Assembly (NCBI GenBank): GCA_965232515.1 | Contig: CBDDPY010000002.1 | Coordinates: forward strand, 3,488,001 to 3,552,000 | DNA: 64,000 nt | Source: Alphaproteobacteria bacterium | GTDB taxonomy: Bacteria > Pseudomonadota > Alphaproteobacteria > GCA-2731375 | Direction of reading: 5' to 3' | Shown: positions 11,319-19,691 of the stretch, in pieces | How positions within the stretch are numbered: the first letter of the stretch is position 1 | Layout of the letters: each line of letters starts with the position of its first letter | The notes under the pieces: generated by a model | Database searches by the model: none | Told to the model about the DNA's origin: nothing | What the model saw: only the letters and a program-made list of their open reading frames with translations | Made by a program: the position numbers and the translations under genes

Positions 11319-11333
11319 GAACACCCCATGAAC
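11319..11333. promoter_or_regulatory. Candidate alphaproteobacterial LexA (SOS) box GAAC-N7-GAAC
   Basis: GAAC-accccat-GAAC about 70 nt downstream of the tRNA-Thr 3' end. Confidence 0.35.
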
Positions 11334-11589
11334 TGACGCAAAACCAAAGGGAAGTTAAGCGGAAGATGTTTGCGCAATGTTGGCAGGCCCCGGCGCTAGC
11401 ATCATGGCCTTGGCGATGCGTTGCAGATGACGGCCGATCCCCTGCCCGCGCCGCTATTGCATTGAGTAGAGCCCGCCACGCTGGACGATAACGCCCAACA
11501 GGTCCGGCGGGCGTTCGCATATCGGTGCATCCCTCTGAGCGTCCTGTGGCGTCCGCCAGAGCCGGCCCGAGCGCAGCAGGTGTCCCCGA

Positions 11590-11797
11590 CGCTGCCCTCA
11601 TACTGCCGCAGCACGATCGCGGCGATCACATGGCCATGTCTGACCTCGATCCACAGCGCGTTTCGGTCTCCAATTTCCTTGTTCTTCGCCGGATCGAAGC
11701 TCGGATTGATGTCGGCCCTTGCCCGCCGTATGCAATCGACCCAGTTTCACAGGTCATGCTCGGCCGTCACGGTCAGGCCCTTCGCCTCAACGCGTCT
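11590..11797 (-). pseudogene. Degraded hypothetical gene remnant
   Basis: Minus frame reads RRVEAKGLTVTAEHDL*NWVDCIRRARADINPSFDPAKNKEIGDRNALWIEVRHGHVIAAIVLRQYEG: protein-like, with an internal stop and no clear start. Boundaries approximate. Confidence 0.3.
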
Positions 11798-11875
11798 AGG
11801 TGAAAGCGGTTTACACGGTAGAAGATATCGAATTCACTCATACACTCTTCTTAGGCGCAAATCATTGGGGATCAG

Positions 11876-12454
11876 ATGGGTTTTGATTTTCGCGCAATTG
11901 AAGAAAATGCAGACCTAAGAAAGCTCAATCTGGCGTGCGGACAAGACGTCCGGCCCAGGGAAGCGAATTGGATAAATACAGACGCAATTTCTAGAAACGA
12001 CGTCGACAAGCTTGATATCTTCGACTTGCCATGGCCGTTCGAATCCGCCTCATTCGATTATGTTCTGGCAAAACACATACTTGAGCACGTGCCGCACAAC
12101 GTCGAGAAGTTCGGTTACGAGCGGAATTTCTTTTTGGAATTCATTGAAGAGATCTGGCGCGTCCTACGGCCCAATGGAATCCTGCACGTGGAGGTGCCAC
12201 GCGGCCTGTCATCTATGGCCAACGCGTTCGACCACAAGCGCATTATCACCCCGGAGACCTTCCATGCCTTCTTCGGCAGCGAATGGTCCTACCAGACGCA
12301 TTGTCAGTTTGCGCTGGTCGAGACAACAAATTCAGATACTTGGCGTTTCAAGGCGTTGCGTTTTCTGATGCGCAAAGGCTTCAGTGTCGATATCACGCAT
12401 TTGCGAACCGGTAATCAGCGCTTTTTTCTGCGGAAGGTGGTCGCGGAAAATTAG
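11876..12454 (+). CDS. Class I SAM-dependent methyltransferase (Methyltransf_11-like)
   Basis: KLNLACG, WINTD, PWPFESASFDYVLAKHILEHV, EIWRVLRPNGILHVEVP; visibly lower GC than the core genes. Confidence 0.8.
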   Translation: MGFDFRAIEENADLRKLNLACGQDVRPREANWINTDAISRNDVDKLDIFDLPWPFESASFDYVLAKHILEHVPHNVEKFGYERNFFLEFIEEIWRVLRPNGILHVEVPRGLSSMANAFDHKRIITPETFHAFFGSEWSYQTHCQFALVETTNSDTWRFKALRFLMRKGFSVDITHLRTGNQRFFLRKVVAEN

Positions 12455-12510
12455 CCTGCACTCACCGGCTGAACCTATTCACAAACGGCGCAATTCGGTC
12501 TGATTGCGGG

Positions 12511-12650
12511 ACGCGCAACCTGTACAACGCGACCACCAGCGTCGAAGCGATCCGGCGGCTGTTCGACGTCACCAATTCGCCGAACCTACAAAAACTCGGC
12601 GACATCTATCCCGGTCGCCAGACGGTCGCGGTCTATGAGCCGGACGGCAC
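12511..12650 (+). pseudogene. SOS response-associated peptidase (SRAP/YedK) N-terminal remnant
   Basis: acg-cgc-aac-ctg-tac is a decayed ATG-TGC-AAC-CTG-TAC (MCNLY), followed by NATTSVEAIRRLFDVTNSPNLQKLGDIYPGRQTVAV; similarity ends after about 45 codons. Confidence 0.6.
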
Positions 12651-12912
12651 TGCATCTTCCCTCCCTCTGATTTGTCGAGTGGAAAGGTCCCGAGGGTTCG
12701 AACACCAAACACGCCTTCAGCATGCCGTCCGTTGAGCGGTACCGCATCGCCGGGGGCTTGGGCGCTCCGGGGGACAATGGCCACAATCCGGGCTTGCCGC
12801 GCTCAACAATCGTAAGGCCGACTAACGAACTCGTGACCGAATAACGCCACCGCCTGCCAGCCTGCGCCAAAACGGCCCATAATCCGCAGCGTCGTCATTT
12901 GCCATCACTTCG

Positions 12913-14451
12913 CTAACTCCCCGCGATGCGGCGGTCGTGGCCCGACCAGTGGGGTTCGCGGAGGTCCTTGCGTTTGATTTTGCCGACCGGGCTTTTGGGG
13001 AGCGGGTCGGTGCGGAATTCGACGCGGCCGGGCTTTTTGTAGGAGCCGAGGCGGTCGGTGCAGAGGTCGATGATTTCCTGCTCGGATACCGGCGTCTCGC
13101 CGTCGGTGACGCAGACGGCCATGGGCGTTTCGCCCCAGCGCTCGTGCGGCACGCCGAAGACGGCGACCTCGACCACGGCGGGATGGTCGGTGATGACGTT
13201 CTCGAGCTCGGCGGGCCAGATGTTGTAGCCGCCGGAGATGATCATGTCGTCGGACCGGTCCAGCATGTAGAGATAGCCGTTCTCGTCCAGCATGCCGATG
13301 TCGCCGGTCAGCACCCAGCCGTCGACCAGGCGCTCGGCCGTGGCTTCGGGATTGTTCCAGAAACCGACCATCTGGCCGTCGGTTTTGGCGGCGATCTCGC
13401 CGGCCTGGCCGGGCGGCAGCGGCTTGTTGTCGTCGTCGCGGATCTCGAGCTGGGCGAACGGCAGCGCGAGACCACAGGAACGCAGCGGCGTCGAGCCGTC
13501 GACGTCGGCGAACCATTGCCGCGGGCCCATCATGGCGACCGGCAGCACCTCGGTCTGGCCATAGCCCTGATAGAGCACGTCGCCGAAGATCTCGCGGCCG
13601 GTGAGCGCGGTGTCGTCGGCGATCGGCGCCGCCGCGATCAGCAGGCATTTCAACTTCGACCAGTTGCGTTCGCGCACGCCCGGCAGATGGTTGAGGGCGT
13701 TCAGCATGGTCGGGACCAGGAACATATAGGCGATGCCCTCGCCCTCCATGACGTCCAGCGTCTCGACCGGATCGAAATGGTCGAGCATGACGTTGCAGCC
13801 GCCGCCGAGCCAGACCGGCACGAACAGATAGCCGGAGCCGTGGCTGATCGGCCCGAGATGCAGGCAGGGATCGCCCGGCTCGACCGGCGGATAGAGATAG
13901 AACCAGTCGCGCCCGGCGGCGAGCCAGGCGCGATGCGTATAGGCGACGCCCTTGGACTGGCCGGTGGTGCCGCCGGTATGGCGGATGATGTAATTGTCGT
14001 CGGGATCGATCTCGAGGTTGGGATCGATATCGGAATGGCCGGCGAGCCAGGCCTCGTAGCCGTCGTCGCGCACGACGATGTGCCGGAGATCGTCGAGCTC
14101 GGCATCGATGCCGTCGACCTCGTGCGCGTACTTGTCGGCGACGATCACCGCCCGGCAGCCGGTATGGCCGAGCATGTGCAGATGCGCCTCGCGGCCGTTG
14201 CGCGGATAGAGCGGCACGCGCACGACATTGGCGACGGCGGCGCCCAGAAAGATGTCAGCCGACTCGACGCAATTGTCTTCCAGCACGCCGACGCGATCGC
14301 CGGGCTTCAGGCCCATGGCGATCAGCGCGTTGCCCATGCGCACGCCGCGCGCCCAGGCCTCGGCGAAGGTCAGCCGCCGGCCGCCGGCGACGATCGCCTC
14401 CCGCGTGGGATAAAACTGCGCGGCGCGGCGCATCTGCGTGCGCACATCCAT
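12913..14451 (-). CDS. AMP-dependent acyl-CoA synthetase/ligase
   Basis: HTGGTTGQSKG P-loop, YQGYGQTE, GWVLTGDIG, DRSDDMIISGGYNIWPAELE, LPKSPVGKI. Confidence 0.92.
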   Translation of the reverse strand: MDVRTQMRRAAQFYPTREAIVAGGRRLTFAEAWARGVRMGNALIAMGLKPGDRVGVLEDNCVESADIFLGAAVANVVRVPLYPRNGREAHLHMLGHTGCRAVIVADKYAHEVDGIDAELDDLRHIVVRDDGYEAWLAGHSDIDPNLEIDPDDNYIIRHTGGTTGQSKGVAYTHRAWLAAGRDWFYLYPPVEPGDPCLHLGPISHGSGYLFVPVWLGGGCNVMLDHFDPVETLDVMEGEGIAYMFLVPTMLNALNHLPGVRERNWSKLKCLLIAAAPIADDTALTGREIFGDVLYQGYGQTEVLPVAMMGPRQWFADVDGSTPLRSCGLALPFAQLEIRDDDNKPLPPGQAGEIAAKTDGQMVGFWNNPEATAERLVDGWVLTGDIGMLDENGYLYMLDRSDDMIISGGYNIWPAELENVITDHPAVVEVAVFGVPHERWGETPMAVCVTDGETPVSEQEIIDLCTDRLGSYKKPGRVEFRTDPLPKSPVGKIKRKDLREPHWSGHDRRIAGS

Positions 14452-14660
14452 GACATTCCTCCCAAAACAGACTGGTTCCCGGCGGCCGAGTTTAAGCGGA
14501 ATTCAATCGGCGCGCAGCACGGGACGGCGACGCGGCGATGGATTTGCAAACATTTCATCCGATGCACCCGACCGCGACCGGAAATTTCAACGCCACACCA
14601 AAAATAGAAAATATATTTGCATTTACTACTTAATCGTGTGTCTCTAAAAGTTGCCGCCTT

Positions 14661-14747
14661 GGTCGGGCCGGGGTTGTTGGCTTATCGCTCCCCAAGCATC
14701 GTGCTTTCAAAGCACAACGTGGCGCCAGCGACGAAACACGCCCGACC
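14661..14747 (+). ncRNA. Y RNA-like element 1 (minimal central domain)
   Basis: GGTCGGGC pairs with GCCCGACC; GTTGTTGGC pairs with GCCAGCGAC; has the shared TTATCG after the upper stem and ACACGCCC on the 3' side; small GTGCTT/AAGCAC hairpin. Confidence 0.7.
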
Positions 14748-14798
14748 GGGACAGGTTTTTGGAGTTCGGGGACGCGTCACGAGAGATGTCGTCCTGAA

Positions 14799-14926
14799 GT
14801 CCGGGCCGGAGAAGCAGGTTTATCGTTAACCTAATGGTCGGCGGTTCGATTCCGCCTCCGAACACTGGTTCGGATAGCTCAGTTGGCAGAGCACTAGGCT
14901 TACCTGGTTCACAAACACGCCCGGGC
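14799..14926 (+). ncRNA. yrlA: YrlA-class Y RNA (circularly permuted tRNA mimic)
   Basis: Closing stems GTCCGGGC/GCCCGGGC and GAAGCAGGT/ACCTGGTTC enclose a T-arm (GGCGG-TTCGATT-CCGCC), a loop-closed acceptor-like stem (TCCGAAC-ACTG-GTTCGGA) and a D-arm (TAGCTC-AGTTGGCA-GAGC), in T-A-D order; about 600 nt upstream of a Ro60 gene. Confidence 0.88.
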
Positions 14927-14969
14927 ACCGAAACCGCCTGAAGGCAGTTGGGTTGAGACGGAGGATGGC

Positions 14970-15086
14970 ATGACGAATACGCGATTTATCGACGGCTGGT
15001 CGAAAACGCCGTCGACGTACGTCGCCACGTCCGTTCGCGAGACCTGGCTGAATACGTCGGCCGGCAAACCGAATTATCGGTACTGA
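14970..15086 (+). CDS. Putative 38-aa small protein inside the Y RNA array
   Basis: GGAGG Shine-Dalgarno 5 nt upstream of ATG; MTNTRFIDGWSKTPSTYVATSVRETWLNTSAGKPNYRY*. Confidence 0.4.
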   Translation: MTNTRFIDGWSKTPSTYVATSVRETWLNTSAGKPNYRY

Positions 15087-15191
15087 CGACCGGCCGCTGA
15101 TCCGCGCGACAGCACAACATCACCGCAGCAAACCGGCAGGCCCAGGTTGGGCCTGACTGATCGGTCGGCGTCCCGCGTCGACAGATCCACG

Positions 15192-15321
15192 AGGTTTGGG
15201 CCGAAGGGTCAGGCTTATCGTAGCGACGAAAGGGCGGAAAGCCCGTCGCAGCGTTCCACCGAGGACGTGAGTCCCGTGAACGCGGGCGAAGACCGCCTGG
15301 TCCGCCGACACGCCCAAGCCT
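15192..15321 (+). ncRNA. Y RNA-like element 3 (non-tRNA multi-hairpin domain)
   Basis: AGGTTTGGGC/GCCCAAGCCT and GGGTCAGGC/GCCTGGTCC stems; GGGCCGAAG, GGCTTATCG and ACACGCCC motifs; internal hairpins GCGAC/GTCGC, GGGC/GCCC and GGAC-GTGA-GTCC. Confidence 0.75.
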
Positions 15322-15365
15322 TGCCGCGGCGACAGTGCGACGCGCACGCAATCCAAACATGAACC

Positions 15366-15505
15366 GGCGGTCCGGGCCGGCAGATCAGGCTTATCGTAGC
15401 CATAAGGCAACTGGTGTTTGGCCAGTGTAGGCGCCCCACCGAGGGCGCGAACCCCCCGTGGATGCGGGCGATGCCCGCCTGATCGAACGACACGCCCGGA
15501 CCGCC
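15366..15505 (+). ncRNA. Y RNA-like element 4 (non-tRNA multi-hairpin domain)
   Basis: GGCGGTCCGGGC/GCCCGGACCGCC (12 bp) and GATCAGGC/GCCTGATC stems; GGCTTATCGTAGC and ACACGCCC motifs; ends 17 nt before the rsr ATG. Confidence 0.75.
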
Positions 15506-15522
15506 CCGTTGGGGTAGAGACG

Positions 15523-17136
15523 ATGACTTTGCGAGATCTGTTTTCGCGGCGCCGGACGCCGCAGCACGAAGCTTTGCCCGGCCAGGTGGCGAACGCGGCC
15601 GGCGGGCATGCCTTCGCCGTCGATGACTGGGACCGGCTCGACCGGTTTCTGGTGCTCGGCAGCGAGGACGGCACGTTCTACATCGCGCCGCGCGCATTGA
15701 CGCGCGAGAACGCCGAAGCCGTCGAACGTTGCCTGGCCGCCGACGGCGCGCGGGTCGTTGCCCGCGTGGTCGAAATCTCCGATGCCGGCCGCACGCCAAA
15801 GAACGACCCGGCGCTGTTCGTGCTCGCCATGGCGACGGCCAGCGACGATCAGGCGACCCGACAGGCGGCGTTGGCCGCGCTGCCCCAGGTGGCGCGGACC
15901 GGCACGCACCTGTTCCACTTCGCCGAGTTCGTCGAGGGCTTTCGCGGCTGGGGCCGCGGCCTGCGGCGGGCGGTTGCAAGCTGGTACGGCGATCAGCCGA
16001 TCGACCGGCTGGCGCTGCAGATGGTCAAGTACCGGCAGCGGGACGGCTGGTCGCACCGCGACCTGTTGCGGCTCGCGCACCCGGTCACGGCCGATCCGCA
16101 GCGTCGCGCGCTGTTCGAATGGGCCCTGCGTGGCGGCGGCGCCCCCGCGTTGCCAATGTTGGCGCAGGGGTTCGATGCGGCGCAGGCACCGGGGGCCGAC
16201 GTGCCGGCGCTGATCCGGCGGCACGGCCTGCCGCGTGAGGCGTTGCCGACCGACGCGTTGAACGACGTCGCGGTCTGGGCGGCGCTGCTGGAACGGATGC
16301 CGATGACGGCGACGATCCGCAGCCTCGCCAAGATGTCGGCGGTCGGTCTGCTGCGGCCGATGAGCGAGGCGGCCGCCCAGGTCGCGACGCGGCTGGGCGA
16401 CGGCGAAGCGCTGCGCAAGGCGCGGGTGCATCCGCTGGCGCTGCTGGTGGCGCAGTCCGTCTACGCGCAGGGCCGTGGCTTGCGGGGCAAGCTGGAATGG
16501 GAGCCGGTCGCGGAGGTGATCGACGCGCTGGACGCCGCATTCTACCGGGCCTTCGCCAACGTCGAGCCGACCGGCAAGCGGCTGCTGCTGGCGCTCGACG
16601 TGTCCGGCAGCATGACCTGGGGCCAGGTCGCGGGCTCGCCGCTGACGCCGCGTGAGGCCGCCGCCGCCATGGTGCTGGTCACCGCGGCGACGGAGCGCCA
16701 CGTGCGCACCGTCGGCTTCTCGTCGGCCGGCCGGCTGCAGTCGCGGGGCATGTTCGGTGGCAGCCGCGCCGACCACGGCCTGGTGTCGTTGCCGATCTCG
16801 CCGGGACAGCGGTTGGCGGACGTTCTGCGGATCACCGCCGATCTGCCGTTCGGTGGCACCGACTGTGCCCTGCCGATGCTGTACGCATTGGATCGGGGAC
16901 TCGAGGTCGACGCGTTCGTGGTCTACACGGACTCGGAGACCTGGGCCGGGAAGATCCACCCGGTGCAGGCCTTGCGCGACTACCGGCGCAAGACCGGTAT
17001 CGCGGCAAAGCTGGTGGTGGTCGGCATGGTGTCGAACGGCTTTTCGATCGCCGATCCGGACGATGCCGGCATGCTGGACGTGGTCGGCTTCGACGCCGCC
17101 GCGCCAGCCGTCGTCGCCGACTTCATCCGGCGTTAG
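15523..17136 (+). CDS. rsr: Ro60 / TROVE-domain RNA-binding protein (Rsr)
   Basis: RLDRFLVLGSEDGTFY, RTGTHLFHF, KYRQRDGWSHRDLLRLAHP, KARVHP, vWA MIDAS LALDVSGSM, GGTDCALPM, YTDSETWAG, SIADPDDAGMLDVVGFD. Confidence 0.96.
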   Translation: MTLRDLFSRRRTPQHEALPGQVANAAGGHAFAVDDWDRLDRFLVLGSEDGTFYIAPRALTRENAEAVERCLAADGARVVARVVEISDAGRTPKNDPALFVLAMATASDDQATRQAALAALPQVARTGTHLFHFAEFVEGFRGWGRGLRRAVASWYGDQPIDRLALQMVKYRQRDGWSHRDLLRLAHPVTADPQRRALFEWALRGGGAPALPMLAQGFDAAQAPGADVPALIRRHGLPREALPTDALNDVAVWAALLERMPMTATIRSLAKMSAVGLLRPMSEAAAQVATRLGDGEALRKARVHPLALLVAQSVYAQGRGLRGKLEWEPVAEVIDALDAAFYRAFANVEPTGKRLLLALDVSGSMTWGQVAGSPLTPREAAAAMVLVTAATERHVRTVGFSSAGRLQSRGMFGGSRADHGLVSLPISPGQRLADVLRITADLPFGGTDCALPMLYALDRGLEVDAFVVYTDSETWAGKIHPVQALRDYRRKTGIAAKLVVVGMVSNGFSIADPDDAGMLDVVGFDAAAPAVVADFIRR

Positions 17137-17200
17137 GACGGTGTGACTGTCCGCCGCCCGTGGTGTTCGACAACCCCGTCGCGCACCACGGGCGGCGGCG

Positions 17201-18733
17201 TCAGCCTTCGCTGCGGTTCCACGCGCCGGTGAAGCCGAGCGGGCCGCCCTCGGCGGTGACGCCGATGGCTTCGTGCGGCGGGCGGCAGACGACGTTCTTG
17301 CCCTTCCACGGATTGGCCCAGATCGCCACGCCCTTCGGCTTGCCGGCTTGATCGACGCGCTTGTTGACGACGTGCAGGCCGCGGATGGTGATCCGGCCCA
17401 TGGCGATGTCGGAGACATCCGGATTGGTCTGGGCCCGACGCGTCATCCAGGCGCAGAGATTGGCCTCGCCGTAGTTTTTGTCGGTGCGCGGCGAGCCGTC
17501 CTTCAGGTTCGCCTTGTCCGTACCGAAGCCGATGGCCAGCCATTGCGGGCCGTTCGGCTTCACGCACCTGACCTCGCGGATCACGGTGGCGCCGCCCTGG
17601 GGCACCTCGATGCAGGCGCCGGCGGACGCCTCGTAGACGCCGCCCTGGAAGTAGTTCACGGCGCAACGGCTCTTGGCGCCATGCGCCATGACGTTGTTGA
17701 CCGAGGTGACGTCGACCATCACCAGCATCGGGCAGAACCGCTTGCGGCGCCAATCGCCCGAGGCATAGATGCCGTGCGCGCCGTTGGAGTTGGCGCAACC
17801 GTCGAGCCGCGTGTTGAACAGCATCACCCAGCGCCCGGTCGTGCGCACGCAATTGTCCATGCCCTTGATGGTCATGTCGATCAGCACCAGCCGCGAGTCC
17901 CGCCGGCTGGTGGCGCCGATGCCAGCGGTGTATTTGCCGTAAGCCTTGCCGGCCACCGTGAAGCCTTCCATGGTCATGATGCGGTCGGCGTTGTGGCTCA
18001 GACAAAAGCTGCCGCCGCCGGGCCAGCCGTCGCGACAATCGATGACGGTCGGCCGCGTCTTGTCCTGCGCCCGCAGGCGCGACGCATTACGGGCGAACGT
18101 CTCGGTCGCGATCTTGCCGTTGGCGTTCTGATGCTGGCCGATGACGCGGATCGAATGGGTGCCGGGCAGGATCGCGATGCCGCCGTCCTTGGTCCGCCAG
18201 CTTCGCCACTGCCGGTCCGCCTGCAGGATCGAACCGTTGACACCGCGCATGCCGGCATACTGCGGATTCGACCTCAGATCGGCCACACAGGCCCAGGGCT
18301 TGCCGCAATCGACCGTATCGGGGCCGGGACGGCCGAGCCGCAAATACGGTTTCACGAGCGCGAGCACCGTCCGCTCGTTCTCGGTGCCGGCGATGGGCGG
18401 CCCGGCATCGACCACCACCGGCGCGGCGCGGCCGGTCACCACGGCCGGCCCCGGCGGGGCCGGTTTTTCAGCCTTCGGCGGCTCAGCCGCGGGTGGCGCC
18501 GCGGGTGCGTCGCGCTCAGCGGACGCGGCCGGTTGCTCGACCGGCACCGGCGTCAGCAGGAATTCTCCCTCGAGGCGATAGCGTTTGCCATCGATGGTGA
18601 CCTCGAGCTGAGACTGCGCCACCGCGCCCTGCCAACCAAGCGCCAGCAGCAGCAAGCCGCCAATGCCGGCCCAACGCGCGCGCCGCCAGACAAGCGAAAG
18701 ACTGGCAAGAAATATCATTGAACACCGTGTCAT
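17201..18733 (-). CDS. Exported protein with a probable right-handed parallel beta-helix (pectin-lyase-like) domain and Pro/Ala linker
   Basis: Signal-peptide-like segment ending AVA-QS; PAAAPPAAEPPKAEKPAPP linker; DNCVRT, GAHGIYASG, HGAKSRCAVNYF and IEVPQGGATVIR segments resemble beta-helix proteins. Start uncertain. Confidence 0.55.
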   Translation of the reverse strand: MTRCSMIFLASLSLVWRRARWAGIGGLLLLALGWQGAVAQSQLEVTIDGKRYRLEGEFLLTPVPVEQPAASAERDAPAAPPAAEPPKAEKPAPPGPAVVTGRAAPVVVDAGPPIAGTENERTVLALVKPYLRLGRPGPDTVDCGKPWACVADLRSNPQYAGMRGVNGSILQADRQWRSWRTKDGGIAILPGTHSIRVIGQHQNANGKIATETFARNASRLRAQDKTRPTVIDCRDGWPGGGSFCLSHNADRIMTMEGFTVAGKAYGKYTAGIGATSRRDSRLVLIDMTIKGMDNCVRTTGRWVMLFNTRLDGCANSNGAHGIYASGDWRRKRFCPMLVMVDVTSVNNVMAHGAKSRCAVNYFQGGVYEASAGACIEVPQGGATVIREVRCVKPNGPQWLAIGFGTDKANLKDGSPRTDKNYGEANLCAWMTRRAQTNPDVSDIAMGRITIRGLHVVNKRVDQAGKPKGVAIWANPWKGKNVVCRPPHEAIGVTAEGGPLGFTGAWNRSEG

Positions 18734-19137
18734 GGTCGCGCCGACGGTCTCTTTCGACCTTTCAGGCCGGACCGTCGTGTTGCCAGACAGTATAACCGGA
18801 ACCGCGCCGATCGCGACCTCAGCGGATATGACTGGATGTGGGAAGCGGCGCGGCTGCAACAAGTTTTGTTTGGTATTTTATATAAATACAAATCGTCTCT
18901 TTAATAAAAATTCAATTTTTCTTAAATGATCTCTAATTTCACAAGTATTCTTGCATCAAAATCAAACAATCACGGCTCAAAGCGGGACGTTTTTCTGACA
19001 CAAATTGTACCATCTCGTATCGGCAATGTCCGGAAATCCCAGGATTCCGGGGTTCGGCCGTTTGGCCCGCCACCTGCAATGATAGCGGTTGGGAGCCGCA
19101 CGGGTGCGGCGTTCGGTTAACGGAGGGCAGCAGAGCC

Positions 19138-19515
19138 ATGCAGGCACAGAACCGCCAAATTCTCGACTATTTCGGTTTCCTCCGGACGCTGAACCACGTC
19201 GACCCCGTTGCCGGCGACCGCCTGGCCGCGCAGCTCGACGACGATCTGTGCTACGAGTTCAGCAGCGCCCAGCACGAAGTCGATGGCGCCCTGGAAATCC
19301 ATACGACGGAATCGGTCAGGACCGCGGCAGATACGGCGCCGCAGATCAGCGTGCACCGGATTTTGCAGGTCGAACGGGGCCGGAACTGCCGGATCGATCG
19401 GGAAAAGATCGTCATCGACGGCTATTTCGACGACATCGACCGCCTGGGCTCGTCGCTGTTCACCTTCCTGACGGAACACGGGTTCGACCGGGTCGCGGGC
19501 GACGCGACCGCTTAG
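19138..19515 (+). CDS. Hypothetical protein (125 aa)
   Basis: GGAGGG upstream, GC-rich third positions, no motif recognised. Confidence 0.6.
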   Translation: MQAQNRQILDYFGFLRTLNHVDPVAGDRLAAQLDDDLCYEFSSAQHEVDGALEIHTTESVRTAADTAPQISVHRILQVERGRNCRIDREKIVIDGYFDDIDRLGSSLFTFLTEHGFDRVAGDATA

Positions 19516-19571
19516 GCCGAACCGCTCAATCGCGGCCGGCGAGGCGGTCGGCCGCGTTCGTTTGCTAAACC

Positions 19572-19599
19572 AACCGTAAATCCCGTTTTACGGTTTTTT
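19572..19599 (+). promoter_or_regulatory. Inverted repeat AACCGTAAA-N6-TTTACGGTT plus T-run (operator or weak terminator)
   Basis: Perfect 9-bp arms about 100 nt upstream of the SGNH-MBOAT operon. Confidence 0.45.
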
Positions 19600-19691
19600 A
19601 TTCGTTCTCGCGCATACTTCCGACGAATTCGGAACCGGCGCATTCGTTCGCCCAGTATTCAAATTTGAGCCGATAGTAAAAGAGGCGACAG

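Noticed and set aside
14830-14898. A third tRNA gene or tRNA fragment acting as an att site
   Set aside because: The arms are in T-acceptor-D order with no anticodon loop or CCA, and it does not duplicate the 3' end of either tRNA here. It is explained as YrlA.
14661-15505. CRISPR array
   Set aside because: The repeated motifs are short paired stems with irregular spacing, not identical direct repeats, and no cas genes are present.
15418-15522. N-terminal extension of Rsr from the ORF-track start at 15418
   Set aside because: It overlaps element 4 and is not protein-like; Ro60 similarity begins after the ATG at 15523.
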